Of a DNA stretch of 64,000 nt, positions 10,067-19,900 are shown piece after piece. The position numbers and the translations under genes are program-made. This DNA is from Candidatus Marinacidobacterium sp. (GTDB lineage: Bacteria > Acidobacteriota > Vicinamibacteria > Marinacidobacterales > Marinacidobacteraceae): positions 384,001 to 448,000 of the forward strand of contig OZ244852.1 in assembly GCA_965220965.1 (NCBI GenBank), in the 5' to 3' direction. The notes beneath the pieces are model-generated. The model had not been told where the DNA came from. It saw only the letters and a list, made by a program, of their open reading frames with translations, and searched no databases. Numbering within the stretch: the stretch's first letter is position 1; each line of letters begins with the position of its first letter.

Positions 10067-10521
10067 GACGCCCCTCCGGCGGCGCCGACCGCGGTGCGGA
10101 GCCTCTCGAGGATCCCGAGCTGCCCCCCCGGAGTATCGGCCGCGATGAAGATCGTGTCGTCGCCCGCAACCGTCCCCGCCGCCTCGGGCCAGTTTCCCTG
10201 GTCGATGGCGTGGGCGACCCGCTGGGCGCCCCCAGGCGGCGTCCGGATCACGACCAGGTGAGGGCCGGCCGGCCCGTAACTCTCGACGAGGGTGGAGAAC
10301 CCGGGCGGCGAGTCCATGGGGGCGGGCGCCAGCCGGTAGCGGCCGTCGACCTTGCGGGCCCCGACATCGCGCAGGTCCCGGCTTACGCATGGCTGGCTGA
10401 CGTCGTGCCCGTGCGAGCGCAGGTGGGTGACCAGCTCCGCCTGGGTGCGAAAGCGACCCTCGGCGAGCGCCTGCCGCAAGAGGGCCCGGCGCCGGGTGGG
10501 GACGAGGGCCAGGTCAGTCAT
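10063..10521 (-). CDS. argR: arginine repressor
   Basis: TQAEL, SQPCVSRDL, GTVAGDDT. Confidence 0.95.
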   Translation of the reverse strand: MTDLALVPTRRRALLRQALAEGRFRTQAELVTHLRSHGHDVSQPCVSRDLRDVGARKVDGRYRLAPAPMDSPPGFSTLVESYGPAGPHLVVIRTPPGGAQRVAHAIDQGNWPEAAGTVAGDDTIFIAADTPGGQLGILERLRTAVGAAGGAS

Positions 10522-10570
10522 AGTATGCGCAAAATATGTTAGCACGCCGTGACCGCCCTCTATCCTTCCC
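10522..10570. promoter_or_regulatory. AT-rich divergent promoter region; possible ArgR operator and -10 hexamers
   Basis: AT-rich patch TAGTATGCGCAAAATATGTTAGCA directly before argR; TAACAT on the - strand and TATCCT (10561-10566) on the + strand. Confidence 0.45.
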
Positions 10571-10574
10571 GACC

Positions 10575-11108
10575 ATGAGCCAGGCCGAGGCCTCCGAGGT
10601 CCGGAGAATCGTTCGCGCCGCCTTCCTGGCGGCGGGCGCCGTCTTCGCCTTTCTCCTGTGGCAGCTCTACCTGCGCGCGCCACCGGCGGAGGTTCCTGCG
10701 TGGAGCGGGTCGATCCCCCGGATCAACGCCGCCCTGAACGCCGCCACCACCACCCTCATCGCCCTCGGGGTCGCGGCGATCCGGAGCGGTCGGAGGAGGC
10801 TTCACGCGGCTCTCCAGATCAGCGCGCTGACAACTGGAGCGCTCTTCCTGGCCGGGTACGTGACGTATCACCACTTCCACGGCGACACTCCGTATCCCGG
10901 CGTCGGCTTCCTACGCCCCGTCTACTTCTTCGTCCTGATCACCCACATCCTGGCGTCGGGGGCGGCCGTTCCGCTCGTGCTGAGCGCGGCGATGCTCGCT
11001 ATCCGTCGCCGGTGGGTCCATCACCGGAAGTGGGCGAGGGTTGCGGTCCCGGTGTGGCTCTACGCTTCGGTCACCGGGCTCATCGTCTACTTCATGCTCC
11101 ACGGCTGA
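10575..11108 (+). CDS. DUF420 family membrane protein
   Basis: INAALNA, H...Q, FL..YV.YH, YFFVLITHI, H+KWAR...P.WLY.SVTG. Confidence 0.88.
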   Translation: MSQAEASEVRRIVRAAFLAAGAVFAFLLWQLYLRAPPAEVPAWSGSIPRINAALNAATTTLIALGVAAIRSGRRRLHAALQISALTTGALFLAGYVTYHHFHGDTPYPGVGFLRPVYFFVLITHILASGAAVPLVLSAAMLAIRRRWVHHRKWARVAVPVWLYASVTGLIVYFMLHG

Positions 11109-11159
11109 TCGCCGGGCGTCGGCCAGCAGTCCGGCGCAAACCACCTCCAGAGGATTCCC

Positions 11160-11720
11160 ATGATTCGCAGACTCTTCATCGCCACGCTGCTGGCGGCCGT
11201 CCCGGCGGCGGCCCAGGCCCCCCGGGGCGCGCTTCAGGCCGACGTCGGCGGCGCCGTCGTCACGATCGACTACGGCCGCCCGGCTCTCGGGGAGCGGATG
11301 CTCTCCGACCTGCTGGCCATGCTCCCCGAAGAGCGGGTCTGGCGCGCGGGGGAGAACCAGGTGACGATCCTCGAGACCAGCGGTGACATCCTGATCGGAG
11401 GCCGGTCGGTTCCCGCCGGCCGCTACAGCCTCTATCTCCACATTCCCGCCTCGGACGACCCCTGGTCCCTGCTGGTGAACCGCCATCAGGGAATCCCGCT
11501 CGGGGAGCTGTGGGCCGAGGCGCCCGCCGCCACGCGGAACGAGCCCTGGCCGATGCTCTCGGGCTACGCACCGATCGAGAACCAGGAAGTCGCGCGCATC
11601 CCGCTCGAGGCGGACGACGAAGCGACCGGGGGCGACACGTTCGAGATTTCCTGGACCGGCGACATGCTGCGATTCGCCTGGGGGCCCGCCAGCTACAGCG
11701 TCTCCGTCGCGGCGCCCTGA
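11160..11720 (+). CDS. DUF2911 domain secreted protein
   Basis: Signal peptide; IDYGRP, VWRAGEN..T, VPAGRYSL. Confidence 0.85.
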   Translation: MIRRLFIATLLAAVPAAAQAPRGALQADVGGAVVTIDYGRPALGERMLSDLLAMLPEERVWRAGENQVTILETSGDILIGGRSVPAGRYSLYLHIPASDDPWSLLVNRHQGIPLGELWAEAPAATRNEPWPMLSGYAPIENQEVARIPLEADDEATGGDTFEISWTGDMLRFAWGPASYSVSVAAP

Positions 11721-11791
11721 CGCGCCCGCGCCCGGCCCCGCCCGCGCGCGGGAACGGTCAGCCGGTCGCGGCGTTGTTTCTGACGACGCCG

Positions 11792-12454
11792 ATGACCGGC
11801 TCCGCGCTCACGACCACCGTTCCGCTCGCCCGCGAGGAGGCGCCGTTGCCGGCGCTGACCGACGGCGACCTCATGGCGCGGGTGGCGCAGGGCGACGCCG
11901 AGGCCTTCGAGCCCATCGTCCACCGCTACCAGCGGCGGCTGTTCGGCTACTTCCTGAGCCTGGTCAACGATCCGGCCACGGCGGCGGACCTGGCGCAGGA
12001 GACCTTCCTGCGCGCCTACCGCGCCGCCGGGCGCTACCGCGAGTCCGGCCGCTTCGAGGCCTGGCTGTTCCGGATCGCGGCGAACCTGGTCCGTAGCGAC
12101 CGTCGCCGGGCCGCCCGCCGGGGCCCTCACCTTCCTCTCGATGAGGTCGGGCCCTCGGGAGAGGTCGGGGATCCGGCGCCCGCCGGATTCGACCCGACTC
12201 CGGCCGCTCCCGACGAGAGCGCCTGGCGATCCGAAGTGCGGGACGCGCTGATGCGCGCCCTTCCGCGCGTGCCGTTCGCCTTCCGCCAGGCCGTGCTGCT
12301 GCGCGATCTCGAGGGCTGGTCGTACCGCGAGATCGCCGAGATGCTCGGAGTCGAGGAAGGAACCGCGAAGTCCCGCGCGCACCGCGGACGCCAGCGGCTC
12401 CGGGCGCTCCTCGCCCCCGGATTCGAATCCGTCTCCTTCGAGGGAGCGTGCTGA
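11792..12454 (+). CDS. ECF-family RNA polymerase sigma factor
   Basis: AADLAQETFLRAY, FEAWLFRIAAN, region 4 SYREIAEML....GTAKSR.HRGR. Confidence 0.93.
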   Translation: MTGSALTTTVPLAREEAPLPALTDGDLMARVAQGDAEAFEPIVHRYQRRLFGYFLSLVNDPATAADLAQETFLRAYRAAGRYRESGRFEAWLFRIAANLVRSDRRRAARRGPHLPLDEVGPSGEVGDPAPAGFDPTPAAPDESAWRSEVRDALMRALPRVPFAFRQAVLLRDLEGWSYREIAEMLGVEEGTAKSRAHRGRQRLRALLAPGFESVSFEGAC

Positions 12455-13005
12455 TGAACCGCCTCCTGTCCGACTCCGAGCTGCGCCGGATGGTCGCCGA
12501 GCTGCCGCATCCCGAGCCCCCCAAGGGGTTCGCCGACGCCACGATGGCCCGCATCCGGGCCGAGGAGCGGCGTCGCCGGCGGCGCCCGTGGTTCCTCGCG
12601 GCCGCCGCGGCGGTCCTCGTCGCCTCGGGTCTCCTCGTCTCGCGCGGGACCGACCCCTCGGGGGAGCTCCCCGCCGCTCCCGTGACCGCCGGGGCCGACG
12701 ACCCCGCGCGGGAGCTCGAGGCCCTGCGGGAGGAAGTCCGGCGGCTGGGGGATCAGCTCGCGCTCATGGACGCGCTGATGCGCGCTCCCTCCGACCCGGC
12801 GCCAGGCCGCGTTTCGCTGCGGCGGGTCGTGAACCGGGTCCCCGACGACTTCCCGCCCCTCGTCTCACCGGTCCGCATCGGTGGGACGGACGAACTCGGA
12901 GTGTTTCTCGACCTCGAGTCCTTCCTCGACGACGCCGCCTTCGCCGCGGCCGCCTCATCTTCTCCGGTCCGGGTCCTGCCCGCGTCCGACCGCCCTCGCC
13001 GGTGA
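12454..13005 (+). CDS. putative single-pass anti-sigma factor
   Basis: Coupled to the sigma stop codon; EPP.GFA...MARI, RRR then a TM helix, then a coiled coil. Confidence 0.7.
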   Translation: MNRLLSDSELRRMVAELPHPEPPKGFADATMARIRAEERRRRRRPWFLAAAAAVLVASGLLVSRGTDPSGELPAAPVTAGADDPARELEALREEVRRLGDQLALMDALMRAPSDPAPGRVSLRRVVNRVPDDFPPLVSPVRIGGTDELGVFLDLESFLDDAAFAAAASSSPVRVLPASDRPRR

Positions 13006-13036
13006 TTTCCCGGCGCCCCTGACAGGAGCTTCCACC

Positions 13037-13741
13037 ATGACGAACACCCGTCCCCGACTGCTGATCCGGTTCCTGCCGGTCGTCCTGCTGGCCGCCGCGC
13101 TTCCCGCCTCCGCCGCCCAGGCCTGGTGGGTCCAGCGCGAGCCCGGAGTGCGGGAAGTCCGCGTCGAGGGCCCCCAGGGCCGGCGGGTCATGGTGAGTTC
13201 GCTGGGCCGCGGATTTCTCGGTGTGGGGCTCCTGAACATCACTGACGAGCTGCGCCAGTTCTACGGCGCGCCCGCCGACGCCGGCGTTCTGGTGTCCCGG
13301 GTCGAGGAGGACTCTCCCGCCGCGGCCGCCGGCCTCGCCGTCGGGGACATCATCACCGAGGTCGACGGCCACGCCGTCGAGCGTCCGTTCGACGTGATCC
13401 GCGGAGTCGGTCGGCTGGCGCCGGAAGACACCGTGGAACTCGGGGTCGTGCGCGCCGGCGCCCCGCTGACGCTGACGGCGACGCTCGGCGAGCGGGAAGG
13501 CGGGGTCTGGTTCTCGGGCGACTTCGAAATGCCGGAGTTCGAGCGGCTGAGCGAGCTTGGCGAGGAGCTTCCCCGGATCATGCTGGACACCGAGGAGACG
13601 CGTCGGACGGTGCGGGAGGCGATGGAGGCGGCGCGCGAACAACTGCGGGGCCTCGATGTCGAGGATCTGACCGCGCGTCTGGCCGAAGCCGAGGAGCGCC
13701 TCGCGGAACTCGAGAAGAAACTCGCCGAGCGCGAGCGGTGA
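13037..13741 (+). CDS. secreted PDZ-domain protein without a protease domain
   Basis: AGGAG RBS, signal peptide, GFLGV, GVLVSRV..DSPAAAAGL..GDII, C-terminal coiled coil. Confidence 0.85.
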   Translation: MTNTRPRLLIRFLPVVLLAAALPASAAQAWWVQREPGVREVRVEGPQGRRVMVSSLGRGFLGVGLLNITDELRQFYGAPADAGVLVSRVEEDSPAAAAGLAVGDIITEVDGHAVERPFDVIRGVGRLAPEDTVELGVVRAGAPLTLTATLGEREGGVWFSGDFEMPEFERLSELGEELPRIMLDTEETRRTVREAMEAAREQLRGLDVEDLTARLAEAEERLAELEKKLAERER

Positions 13742-13804
13742 CGCCCGGCTGAGAAGGCGGATACTCTCCGCTCCGGGGCCGGCGGGGCGGCCCCGGAGCT
13801 CGCC

Positions 13805-15058
13805 ATGTCCGTTCCTTCGTCCTCCTTCGATTTCGGCCCTCCTGGGAAGGGATTCCGTCCCCCCGGTTTCGAGTGTTACCCGGCGGGTCTCGGCCCCGGT
13901 CGGCGCGCCTTCCTGAAGGCCGTCGCCGGCGCCGCCGCGATGGCTGGATTCGCCGGCTGCGGCCGGGAAGCCGGCGGTCAGGACGACGCCTCCGCGTCTC
14001 CGGCGCCGTCCCCTGCTGCGGATGGTCCCGGGCCGCTCCCGGTCTGGCCGGAGGGAGGCTTCGGCCCGGACGCGGTGCGGATTGGCTTCAACGAGAATCC
14101 GCTCGGTCCATCCCCCCGGGCGCTCGCAGCGCTCGCGGCGGACGGGCTAGGCGCCGGCCACGCCTACAACTACCCGGACGTGGTCCGGGACCGGATCGCC
14201 GCCCACCACGGAGTCGAACGCGACAACGTGCTCGTTGGCTGCGGCTCCACCGAGTTCCTGCAATTCCTGCCCTGGGGCTTCCTGAAGCCGGGGACGACGA
14301 GTCTGGTGCTGCCGGAAACGACCTACGGCTGGTGCGGCGGGGTGGCCGCGTCGATCGGCGCGGAGGTGATCCGCACGCCGATGGGGCCGGAGGGCCGCCT
14401 CGACCTCGAGGCGATGGCCGCGGCGATCCGACCCGACACCCGCATCGTGTATCTGGCGAACCCCAACAACCCGACGGGCGACGCCGTTTCCCGGGACGAG
14501 GTCGCCGCGCTCGCCGAGCGCGTCCCCGAGGGAGGGATCCTGATCGTGGACGAGGCGTACGCCGAGTTCCTCGACGAGGGGCAGGACGCCGTTCCGCTGG
14601 CGCTCGCCGGAGGGCCGGTCATCGTGGCGCGGACGTTCTCGAAGGCCTACGGGATGGCCGGGCTGCGCCTCGGCTACGTCCTCGGCTCCGGACCCATGTT
14701 CGAGAAGGCCACCGGGGTGTGGTGGGGAGACTTCGGACTGAACACCGCCGCCGCGGTGGCCTGCGGCCCGGCGCTCGACGACCAGGACCACGTCACCCGC
14801 TACGTCAGCGCGGTGGACGACGGCCTCGCCGAACTCCGCGAGGGCTTCGCCGGACTCGGCTGGCCGGCCTGGCCGCACCGGGCGCCGTTCCTGATGGCCG
14901 ACACCGGACGGGAGGCGCTCCCGCTCGCCTGGGATCTGTTCCGCCGGGGGATCTACGTCCAGGACGGCGGCGGCTGGGGTCTGCCCACGTTCCTCCGGGT
15001 CTCCGTCGGGCTCTCCGCCGACCACCAGGCGCTCTTCGCCGCGCTGCGCGACGCCTGA
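13805..15058 (+). CDS. HisC-like class I/II PLP aminotransferase with Tat/lipoprotein signal
   Basis: RRAFLK...AGC; NENPLGPSP, NPNNPTG, DEAY, RTFSKAYGMAGLRLGY. Confidence 0.88.
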   Translation: MSVPSSSFDFGPPGKGFRPPGFECYPAGLGPGRRAFLKAVAGAAAMAGFAGCGREAGGQDDASASPAPSPAADGPGPLPVWPEGGFGPDAVRIGFNENPLGPSPRALAALAADGLGAGHAYNYPDVVRDRIAAHHGVERDNVLVGCGSTEFLQFLPWGFLKPGTTSLVLPETTYGWCGGVAASIGAEVIRTPMGPEGRLDLEAMAAAIRPDTRIVYLANPNNPTGDAVSRDEVAALAERVPEGGILIVDEAYAEFLDEGQDAVPLALAGGPVIVARTFSKAYGMAGLRLGYVLGSGPMFEKATGVWWGDFGLNTAAAVACGPALDDQDHVTRYVSAVDDGLAELREGFAGLGWPAWPHRAPFLMADTGREALPLAWDLFRRGIYVQDGGGWGLPTFLRVSVGLSADHQALFAALRDA

Positions 15059-16081
15059 TCAGCGCACGAACAGGAAGTAGTCGTGAGCCGCGCGGGCGGC
15101 CTCGGCGATCGCCCGTTCGCGGTCGGGAACCGGCAGGTCGGATTCCTTCACGAAACCGACCACCACGACGTGCCCGGCGTCAGCCGGGAGGGTCACGATC
15201 CCGACATCGTTCGTGGTCCGCCCGATGGTTCCCGTCTTGTGGGCCACAACGGTCCCTTCGGGCAGCCGGCCCCGGATCCGGCCGGCGCCGGTCTCGCACC
15301 GCTCCATGATGTCGATCAGCAGGTCGCGGCTCTCGGTCGAGAGCCCCTCCCCGTTCCAGATCTTCGCCAGCAGGTCGCCCATGCCGCGCGGGGTGGCGGT
15401 GTCCCGGACATCGTCCTCGAACTCGTCCCGGGCGCGCTCGCGAGCGCCGTCGGAGACCCGCTCGTAGTGCTCGGTGTAGGTCGCGCGGATCCGCTCTTCC
15501 CGGGGCGGCAGTCCTTCGGCGCCGACATAGTCGGTGATCAGGTCCGCGGTGTAGCGGGCCACCCGGATCCCCTCGACTCCCAGTTCGCGCATCCGCTCGG
15601 TGACCCGGTCCCCGCCGCCGGCGGCCTTCAGGCAGAGGTCGGTCGCGGAGTTGTCGCTGATCAGCAGCATGAGCTCGAGCAGGTTCAGGACGGAGAGCGA
15701 CACGCCGGGATCATCGAACAGCCGGCTCAGCACCCCGCTCCCGGGAGAGAGATCGGACGGCAGCACGTCCACCATCCGGTCCAGCGCGAACTCGCCTTCG
15801 TCCACCCGCCGCAGAAGCTCGACCGCGATCGGCACCTTGTAGGTGCTCGCCATCGGGAACGACTCGTCCGGGTGGAGGTAGGCGGTTCGCCCGGTCTCCA
15901 GGTGGATCGCGGCGAGGCCCAGACTCCCGCCCGAGAGCGGCTCGAGCCGGGCCCATTCCGCCTCGAGCCGGGGCTCGGTCCCGCCCTGGGAGAACGCGGG
16001 GGCGGCGAGGAGCAGGAATCCCGCAGCGAGCGCGGCGGGAAGCCGGGTCCCGTGCGGAAGGAGCGAGGGGCGTCGGGTCAT
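15059..16081 (-). CDS. class A beta-lactamase-like serine hydrolase
   Basis: Signal peptide; FPMASTYK (SxxK), SDN, DTATP, HKTG, NDVG. Confidence 0.88.
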   Translation of the reverse strand: MTRRPSLLPHGTRLPAALAAGFLLLAAPAFSQGGTEPRLEAEWARLEPLSGGSLGLAAIHLETGRTAYLHPDESFPMASTYKVPIAVELLRRVDEGEFALDRMVDVLPSDLSPGSGVLSRLFDDPGVSLSVLNLLELMLLISDNSATDLCLKAAGGGDRVTERMRELGVEGIRVARYTADLITDYVGAEGLPPREERIRATYTEHYERVSDGARERARDEFEDDVRDTATPRGMGDLLAKIWNGEGLSTESRDLLIDIMERCETGAGRIRGRLPEGTVVAHKTGTIGRTTNDVGIVTLPADAGHVVVVGFVKESDLPVPDRERAIAEAARAAHDYFLFVR

Positions 16082-16150
16082 GGGCTGGACCTCCGGGCCC
16101 GGAAGATACCAATGGCCCTCCGGTCCGCGGTTTGCTTGCAGACAGGCGGA

Positions 16151-16861
16151 ATGTTCGATCTCGCGCGCGCCAGGCGTCGCCCGCGCCCGCTCCGGCGTGC
16201 GCTCGGGGCCGTCCTTCTCCTGAGTGGGCTCGGGGGGCCCGCGTTCGCGCAGCCTCCCTCGTCGGCGGTGCTGGAGATCACCCTCGCGGATCTGGATGAC
16301 GACGCGTTCGACTTCCTGATCGGATGGAGGCGCGGGGACGGGGACATCCTGGAACTCGCGAGCCGGGGAACGGCCCGGTTCGCCGTGGTCGCGGGCGTGG
16401 AGCCCGGCCTTGTCCAGACCGGCGCGCTCGTCCGGTTCGGCGTTCGCCCGGAGGCCCTCCCCGGAACCGGGACCCGCTCCGCCAGACGGCTCCGCCGGGT
16501 CCGGAACCCGAACCACGCTTCGACGGCGCGTCCAGTCGACCGCGTGCGTCCTGGACGCCGCATCGGCTCGAGGCCGGCGGAGCGCAGCCGGGATCGCGCG
16601 CGTCCGGATGCGCCGTCGCGGTCGCCGGCGGGCTGGCGGGGAGACCCCTGGAGGCCGGGGGAGCGGGCCGGACGCCCGCGGTCGGGTGGGCCCGCGCCTG
16701 CCGCCGCGCGGTCGCCCGGCGGACGAGGGAGTGGCGCCGGCGCGCGCCCCCGCGGATCCGGACCCGGTGGACTGGCGCCCCGCTCGAGTGGCGCCGCCCG
16801 CCCGCGCGGCGCCGCGCCACGCTCGCCGTCCCGGGGCGGGGCCGCCCGTCGCCACCGGTAA
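16151..16861 (+). CDS. hypothetical exported protein with Arg/Pro/Gly-rich tail
   Basis: High GC at third codon positions; signal peptide ending in AFA-Q; fills the gap between the flanking genes. Confidence 0.55.
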   Translation: MFDLARARRRPRPLRRALGAVLLLSGLGGPAFAQPPSSAVLEITLADLDDDAFDFLIGWRRGDGDILELASRGTARFAVVAGVEPGLVQTGALVRFGVRPEALPGTGTRSARRLRRVRNPNHASTARPVDRVRPGRRIGSRPAERSRDRARPDAPSRSPAGWRGDPWRPGERAGRPRSGGPAPAAARSPGGRGSGAGARPRGSGPGGLAPRSSGAARPRGAAPRSPSRGGAARRHR

Positions 16862-16989
16862 AATCGTCCGGCTGTCCCGCCGGTTCCGCCGTTCCTTCGG
16901 ATCGGGCCCGGTTCGAGGCGGCGCCACGCGCCCTCGTCCCACCCTGCACCGGGGCGACGGCCCCCCGCGGAATGGAGGCCCCGCACCCG

Positions 16990-19900
16990 ATGCTCCGACC
17001 CACTCTCCTTCCTCTCGCCGTTCTGATCGGCGCGCTGGCGGCGCCGATGGCGCTCGCCCCCCAGGCGTCCGCCCAGCCCGATGCGGACCTGCTCTCCGCG
17101 CTGCGCTACCGCTCGGTCGGACCCACCCGCGGAGGCCGGGTCACGGCGGTGGCGGGCCATCGTTCCCAGCCCGGAACGTTCTACATGGGCGCCACCGGGG
17201 GCGGCGTCTGGAAGACCACCGACTACGGCCACAACTGGCATCCGATCTCGGACCAGGCGTTCCGCAGCCCCTCCATCGGCGCCATCGCGGTGGCGGAGAG
17301 CGACCCGGACGTGGTCTATGTCTCGACCGGTTCCGATGGGCTGCGGTCCAACGTGATCATGGGGAAGGGCGTCTACCGCTCGGACGACGCCGGCGTCACC
17401 TGGAAGAGCCTCGGCCTCGAGAACACCGGGAACACCGGGGCGCTGCTCGTCCACCCGGAGGACGCGGACACCGCGTGGCTCGCGGCGATCGGCAACCCCT
17501 TCGCGCCGAACCCGGAGCGCGGGGTGTATCGCACCCGCGACGGGGGCGCGAACTGGGAACTCGTGCTCCACGTCTCGGAGCGCACCGGCGCCACGGATCT
17601 CGAGTTCGCTCCCGATGACCCGGACACGATCTATGCCTCCATGTGGGAGGCCGAGCGGAAGCCGTGGACGATCCGCTCCGGAGGAATGGAGGGCGGCGTC
17701 CAGCGCTCCCGCAACGGCGGGGACACATGGGAGGTGCTGGAAGACGGTCTGCCCACCGGCCTCCGGGGGAAGTCGGACCTCGCGGTCTCCCCTGCGGACC
17801 CCGACCGGGTCTACGTGCTGATCGAGGCGCCGGGAACCGACGGCGGCGTCTACCGCTCCGATGACCGGGGCGACACCTGGCGTCAGGTGAGCGACTTCCA
17901 GCCGATCCGCAACCGCCCCTTCTACTACACGAACCTCCACGCCCACCCGACCGACGCGGACACCCTGTGGGGCATGGCCGAGGGCTACTGGAAGTCCACC
18001 GACGCCGGGGAAACGTGGGAGCGCAAGTTCACGCCGCACGGCGACAACCACGACCTCTGGATCAACCCGGACAGTCCGAACATCCAGATCCAGGCGAACG
18101 ATGGCGGCGCGAACGTGACGATCGATGGCGGCGAGACCTGGTCCACCCAGGAGAATCAGTCCACCGCCGAGCTCTATCAGGTCGACGTGAGCGACGACTT
18201 CCCGTATCGGCTCTATGCGGGCCAGCAGGACAACTCGACGATCTCGGTTCCGGCTTACCCGACCGAGTTCCGTCCGGGAGGCCAGACCGCGCACTGGGAG
18301 GCGATCGGCGGCTGCGAGACCGGACCGGTCGTGCCGAAGCCAGGGGATCCGGACGTGGTCTACGCGAACTGCAAGGGGCGCTTCGGGCTCTACAACGCGC
18401 GGACCGGGCAGGAGGAGCAGTACTACGTCGGGTTCTGGAACCTCTACGGACATAACCCCAGGGACCTCCAGTACCGGTTCCAGCGCACGGTTCCGATCCA
18501 CGTGTCGCCGCACTCCGCGGAGCGGGTCTTCCACGGCTCGCAATACGTCCACGTCACGGAGAACGGCGGCCGCACCTGGCGCACGATTTCGCCGGACCTG
18601 ACCGCGTTCACTCCGGAGACCCAGGTGGTCTCGGGCGATCCGATCACGCTCGATGTGACCGGGGAGGAGCACTTCGCGGTTCTCTACGACATCCAGGAGT
18701 CGCCCCACGAGGAAGGCGTCATCTGGGCCGGGGCGAATGACGGACCCATCCACGTGACCCGCGACGGCGGACGCACCTGGAGCGAGGTGACCCCGCCGGA
18801 GCTCGGGCCATACGGCCGCGTCCAGAACATCGAGGTGTCGCCGCACCGGCCCGGCAAGGCCTACGCCGCCGTCCTGCGCTACCAGCTCGGCGACTTCACT
18901 CCCCACGCGTATCGCACCGAGGACTACGGGCAGACCTGGACCCGCATGACCGACGGGACGAACGGGGTGCCGAACGACCACCCGGTGCGCGTCGTGCGCG
19001 AAGACCCGGACCGCGAGGGTCTGCTCTACCTCGGCAGCGAGTGGGGGATGTTCGTCTCGTTCGATGACGGCGCCTCCTGGACCTCCTTCCAGCAGAACCT
19101 GCCGATCACCCCGATCACCGACATCAAGATCGTCCGGAAGGACCTGGTTCTCTCCACCATGGGACGGGGTTTCTGGATCCTCGACGACCTGTCTCCGCTC
19201 CACCAGGCGGAGGCGGCCGCCGGCTCGACCTCCGGAGTCCATCTGTTCGCGCCGCGCGACGAGATCCGTTTCCGGGTCGCCGGAGGCTTCGGCGGCGGTC
19301 GGGGTCCGGTCGATCCCGAGTACCCGACGCCCGGTCCCCGGTTCACCTTCAGCCTCCCGGCGGACGCCGCGTCCGCCCGGATCGAGATCCGGGACGCCGA
19401 GGGCGAGGTCGTGCGCAGCTACGAGAGCGGCGGTCCCGGCGCCTCCAGCGAGCGGGTCCAGGCGATGCGCGCTCCCGGGTTCCGCGCCCGGGGCGACGCC
19501 TCGGTTCCGACCTCCGCCGGCGTGCATCGCTTCGCCTGGGACATGCGCCACGTCGGCGCGAAGGACGGGCGGGGGAATCCCTCGGGTCGCGGCGTCCTCG
19601 CGGCGCCCGGCCGCTACACCGTCGAGCTCACCGTGGACGGGGCGACCGTCTCGCGGGACTTCCGCCTGCGGATGGACCCTCGCGTGGTTCGCGAAGGCTG
19701 GGTCACGGCGGAGCATGTCCGGGAGCAGGTCGAGCTGGCGCTGCTGGCGCGCGATGCGCTGAGCGAGGCGAGGATGGCGGCCAGCCGGCTGGAGGCGGCG
19801 ATGGAATCCGGTTCCAGCGCAGAGCTCGAGGCGATCCATGACGACCTGGTGACCGATCCCATCCGCTACTCCCGGCCGATGCTTGCGGACCAGATCGCGT

